DNA of 47,454 nucleotides, from NCBI GenBank assembly GCA_964444305.1, contig CAYUGQ010000002.1:1-47454 (forward strand), given 5' to 3'. The translations under genes were made by a program, and so were the position numbers. Below are positions 45,297 through 47,454 of the stretch, in pieces (position 1 is the first letter of the stretch; each line of letters starts with the position of its first letter). The notes under the pieces were generated by a model, which ran no database searches, was not told the DNA's origin, and saw only the letters and a program-made list of their open reading frames with translations. Source of the stretch: an uncultured Candidatus Sumerlaeota bacterium (GTDB taxonomy: Bacteria > Sumerlaeota > Sumerlaeia > Sumerlaeales > Sumerlaeaceae).

Positions 45297-45965
45297 TTAA
45301 AACCGGTTCTTTAACAGCGTCCAGACCGCACTGAAAAAATCCCTGTAGCCAATTTTCTTTCCCTCTTCAAACGTTCGCGCACGATATACGACAGGGACTT
45401 CCGCAATTCGATGTCCCTGACGGAGAACCTTTGCGGTGACCTCAGGGCAAAACTCAAAGCGCCGGCATTGCAGTTCCACCCCCTCAATAATCTCCCGCCG
45501 GAACGCCTTATATGCAGTGGCCTCGTCAGTAATGCGCTGACCATACAGAATAGTCACCAGCCAGGCTAAAATCCAATTGGCAATACGGTTCGGAAGGCGC
45601 ATACCGATTACCTTGCCTAAAAACCGGGATCCGTATGACACGTTGACTTCCCCATCATAAATCGGCTTTATCACCTTCAGGATATCCTGCGGGTCATACT
45701 CCATGTCAGCGTCCTGGATAATAACCACATCACCCGTGGCAGCACGCAAGCCCGTCACTATTGCCGCCCCTTTGCCCCGGTTCTTCTCATGACGAAGGAC
45801 AACTGTATCGTCTCTCCCCTCTTCTTTGGCGAGAATTTCGGGGGTGCGATCTGAAGAGTGATCATCCACCAGGATCAGCTCTGTGCGAATCGGCAGCTCA
45901 CGGAGGTGCCCTAGCACGACGGGAAGCAATTCTTCCTCGTTAAATATAGGCACGATGATGGACAA
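45297..45965 (-). CDS. glycosyltransferase family 2 (polyprenyl-phosphate sugar synthase-like)
   Basis: 222 aa. Motifs SIIVPIFNEE, VDDHSSDRT, NRGKGAA and IIQDADMEYDP. The short GT-A form resembles Dpm1/GtrB-like enzymes but lacks a TM tail. Confidence 0.85.
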   Translation of the reverse strand: MSIIVPIFNEEELLPVVLGHLRELPIRTELILVDDHSSDRTPEILAKEEGRDDTVVLRHEKNRGKGAAIVTGLRAATGDVVIIQDADMEYDPQDILKVIKPIYDGEVNVSYGSRFLGKVIGMRLPNRIANWILAWLVTILYGQRITDEATAYKAFRREIIEGVELQCRRFEFCPEVTAKVLRQGHRIAEVPVVYRARTFEEGKKIGYRDFFSAVWTLLKNRF

Positions 45966-46087
45966 TAGCCCATCAGGATCGATGGGTCGGGGGACGCTTT
46001 TGGTGGGGCCGACTGGCTCATTTTTTTCTGTGGTTTTCAGAGCGCGATTCCATCAATATTGTTTACTGCTTACCTACCAAGTATCTA

Positions 46088-46119
46088 CCATAAATTCCTT
46101 TTATGACAACGATTTATGG
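46088..46119. promoter_or_regulatory. inverted repeat, candidate Rrf2 operator upstream of the Rrf2-sufB operon
   Basis: CCATAAAT (46088-46095) and ATTTATGG (46112-46119) are perfect 8-bp arms 16 nt apart, about 55 nt upstream of the regulator ATG. Confidence 0.25.
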
Positions 46120-46174
46120 TGCAAGCATGATACGATGAATAAAAGAGTACAAAATCAGTCCTGTATTAGTGAAA

Positions 46175-46729
46175 ATGATCAGATTAAACAAGCTAACTGA
46201 CTATGGATTTGTGCTCTTGAGCCATTTTGCGTGGTCTGACGGAGAGTCCTGGCTGACGGCAAGAGATTTGTCGCAATCTACCGGTCTTCCGTTGCCTACA
46301 GTCAGCAAGCTGTTGAAGCTGCTCAGTAAACACGGGATACTGTCCGCCCAGCGGGGTATTTATGGTGGTTATCGTCTGGCACACAAGCCAAAAGATGTTC
46401 ACGTTTTGAACGTCATTGAGCTTATTGACGGTCCGATAGCTATTACGGATTGTGCCTGTGGCACCGGTGGATCAGGTGAATGTGCAATTGAGGCACACTG
46501 TCCCACCAAACCCCAGTGGCAAAGGATCACGGAGCGTATCCGTGCGGCTTTGTCTGACATAACCTTGCTGGAAATGGCGGGTCCCCGGCTACAATCGGGG
46601 CCGGCTCGCGCTGATATGGAAAAAAGTGGATGCGGAGGGGCATGTGCCCCGGCACCAAACCAGCCGTGCCAGTGCGGGCATGATGAAAGTTTGCATACTC
46701 AGGAGAGAGACAATGAGCTTAACAGATGA
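46175..46729 (+). CDS. Rrf2-family transcriptional regulator (SUF-associated, IscR-like)
   Basis: The [16 protein letters not shown]-terminus is typical of SUF-linked Rrf2 regulators. Winged HTH, a Cys cluster [19 protein letters not shown], and an extra Cys/His-rich tail. It overlaps sufB by 17 nt. The track ORF starts at GTG 46169. Confidence 0.85.
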   Translation: MIRLNKLTDYGFVLLSHFAWSDGESWLTARDLSQSTGLPLPTVSKLLKLLSKHGILSAQRGIYGGYRLAHKPKDVHVLNVIELIDGPIAITDCACGTGGSGECAIEAHCPTKPQWQRITERIRAALSDITLLEMAGPRLQSGPARADMEKSGCGGACAPAPNQPCQCGHDESLHTQERDNELNR

Positions 46730-47454
46730 TCAGGTAATGACAGAGGAGCAGCTCAAAGAAGAGCTTGCTACACAGGAATACAAATTCGGTTTTACCACCG
46801 AAATTGAAACGGTTTCGTTTGAGCCAGGCTTGGATGAAGATGTAATCCGTCGTCTCTCTGATATTAAAGGTGAGCCGGAATGGATGACCGAGTGGCGGTT
46901 GAAGGCCTATCGCCATTGGCTTACAATGGCTTACCCAGAGTGGCCTAATGTAAAATATCAAAAGCCTGACTTCCAGGCTCTAAGCTATTATTCCGCGCCT
47001 AAGAAAGCGGGCGACGGACCTAAAAGCCTGGACGAAGTAGATCCAGAACTCCTGCGCACCTACGAAAAGCTCGGCATTCCTCTCCACGAACAGGAGATGC
47101 TCGCCGGCGTGGCCGTGGATGCTGTGTTCGACAGCGTCTCGGTCGCAACAACCTTTAAAGGCAAGTTGGCCGAAGAAGGTATTATCTTCTGCAGTATGAG
47201 CGAAGCCATTCGCGATCATTCCGAACTCGTGAAAAAATATCTAGGTAGCGTCGTTCCTTATACCGATAACTTCTACGCCGCTTTGAACAGCGCCGTATTT
47301 AGCGACGGTTCCTTTGTTTACATTCCAAAGGGTGTTCGCTGCCCGATGGAACTGAGCACGTATTTCCGCATCAACGCGAAGAACACCGGACAGTTTGAGC
47401 GCACACTGATCATTGCCGAAGATGACTCTTACGTCAGCTACCTCGAAGGTTGTA
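46713..47454 (+). CDS. sufB: Fe-S cluster assembly protein SufB (5' part, truncated by window end)
   Basis: Hand translation from ATG 46713 (AGGAGAGAGA Shine-Dalgarno upstream) gives [32 protein letters not shown]...[16 protein letters not shown]...[14 protein letters not shown]...[21 protein letters not shown]...[19 protein letters not shown], a classic SufB sequence. It is absent from the ORF track because no stop is reached. Confidence 0.95.
   Translation, partial: MSLTDDQVMTEEQLKEELATQEYKFGFTTEIETVSFEPGLDEDVIRRLSDIKGEPEWMTEWRLKAYRHWLTMAYPEWPNVKYQKPDFQALSYYSAPKKAGDGPKSLDEVDPELLRTYEKLGIPLHEQEMLAGVAVDAVFDSVSVATTFKGKLAEEGIIFCSMSEAIRDHSELVKKYLGSVVPYTDNFYAALNSAVFSDGSFVYIPKGVRCPMELSTYFRINAKNTGQFERTLIIAEDDSYVSYLEGC

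Noticed and set aside
1-47454. CRISPR arrays, tRNA/rRNA genes, IS elements, and retron/DGR-like repeats.
   Set aside because: By-eye reading of all intergenic regions longer than 60 nt found no direct-repeat/spacer periodicity, no cloverleaf-compatible sequences, and no reverse transcriptase or transposase ORFs in the track. A proper tRNAscan, Infernal and repeat-finder run is still advisable.

Overview
This is a dense, mostly housekeeping chromosomal segment with about 46 protein genes on both strands. GC is roughly 50% by eye (not computed). It comes from a diderm-type bacterium that I cannot assign to a taxon from sequence alone. All functional calls rest on motif recognition by eye in the supplied ORF translations; no database search was run.

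The content has a strong cell-envelope theme:
- murC, alr, dapB and pgsA
- a 1015-aa MurNAc-L-Ala-amidase-like exoprotein
- GT2 and GT4 glycosyltransferases
- a UbiA-family homologue of decaprenyl-phosphate phosphoribosyltransferase, flanked by SDR enzymes
- a LolA-like protein

Other genes present are rpoN, an NtrC-type sigma-54 activator with a soluble PAS histidine kinase, an orphan pilT, resB, a XerC/D-type recombinase, beta-carbonic anhydrase, cca, panB, gmk, an M24 peptidase, tyrS, rsmD and thpR. An Rrf2 regulator overlaps the start of sufB, which is truncated by the window end.

I saw no rRNA, tRNA, CRISPR array, transposase, phage genes or recognisable defence system.

The most noteworthy observations are:
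- The 24.8-32.5 kb locus. It holds a secreted 7-fold-repeat protein, an internally duplicated beta-helix exoprotein, and a tiny low-complexity lipoprotein behind a good sigma-54-type promoter, next to the PAS-kinase/NtrC pair.
- Further sigma-54-type -24/-12 motifs upstream of rpoN itself and of pilT.
- A TrpD paralogue lacking the canonical GTGGD motif.
- The amidase-like/dapB/two-component operon.

None of these amounts to a clearly new system on sequence evidence alone, and interest scores are set accordingly.
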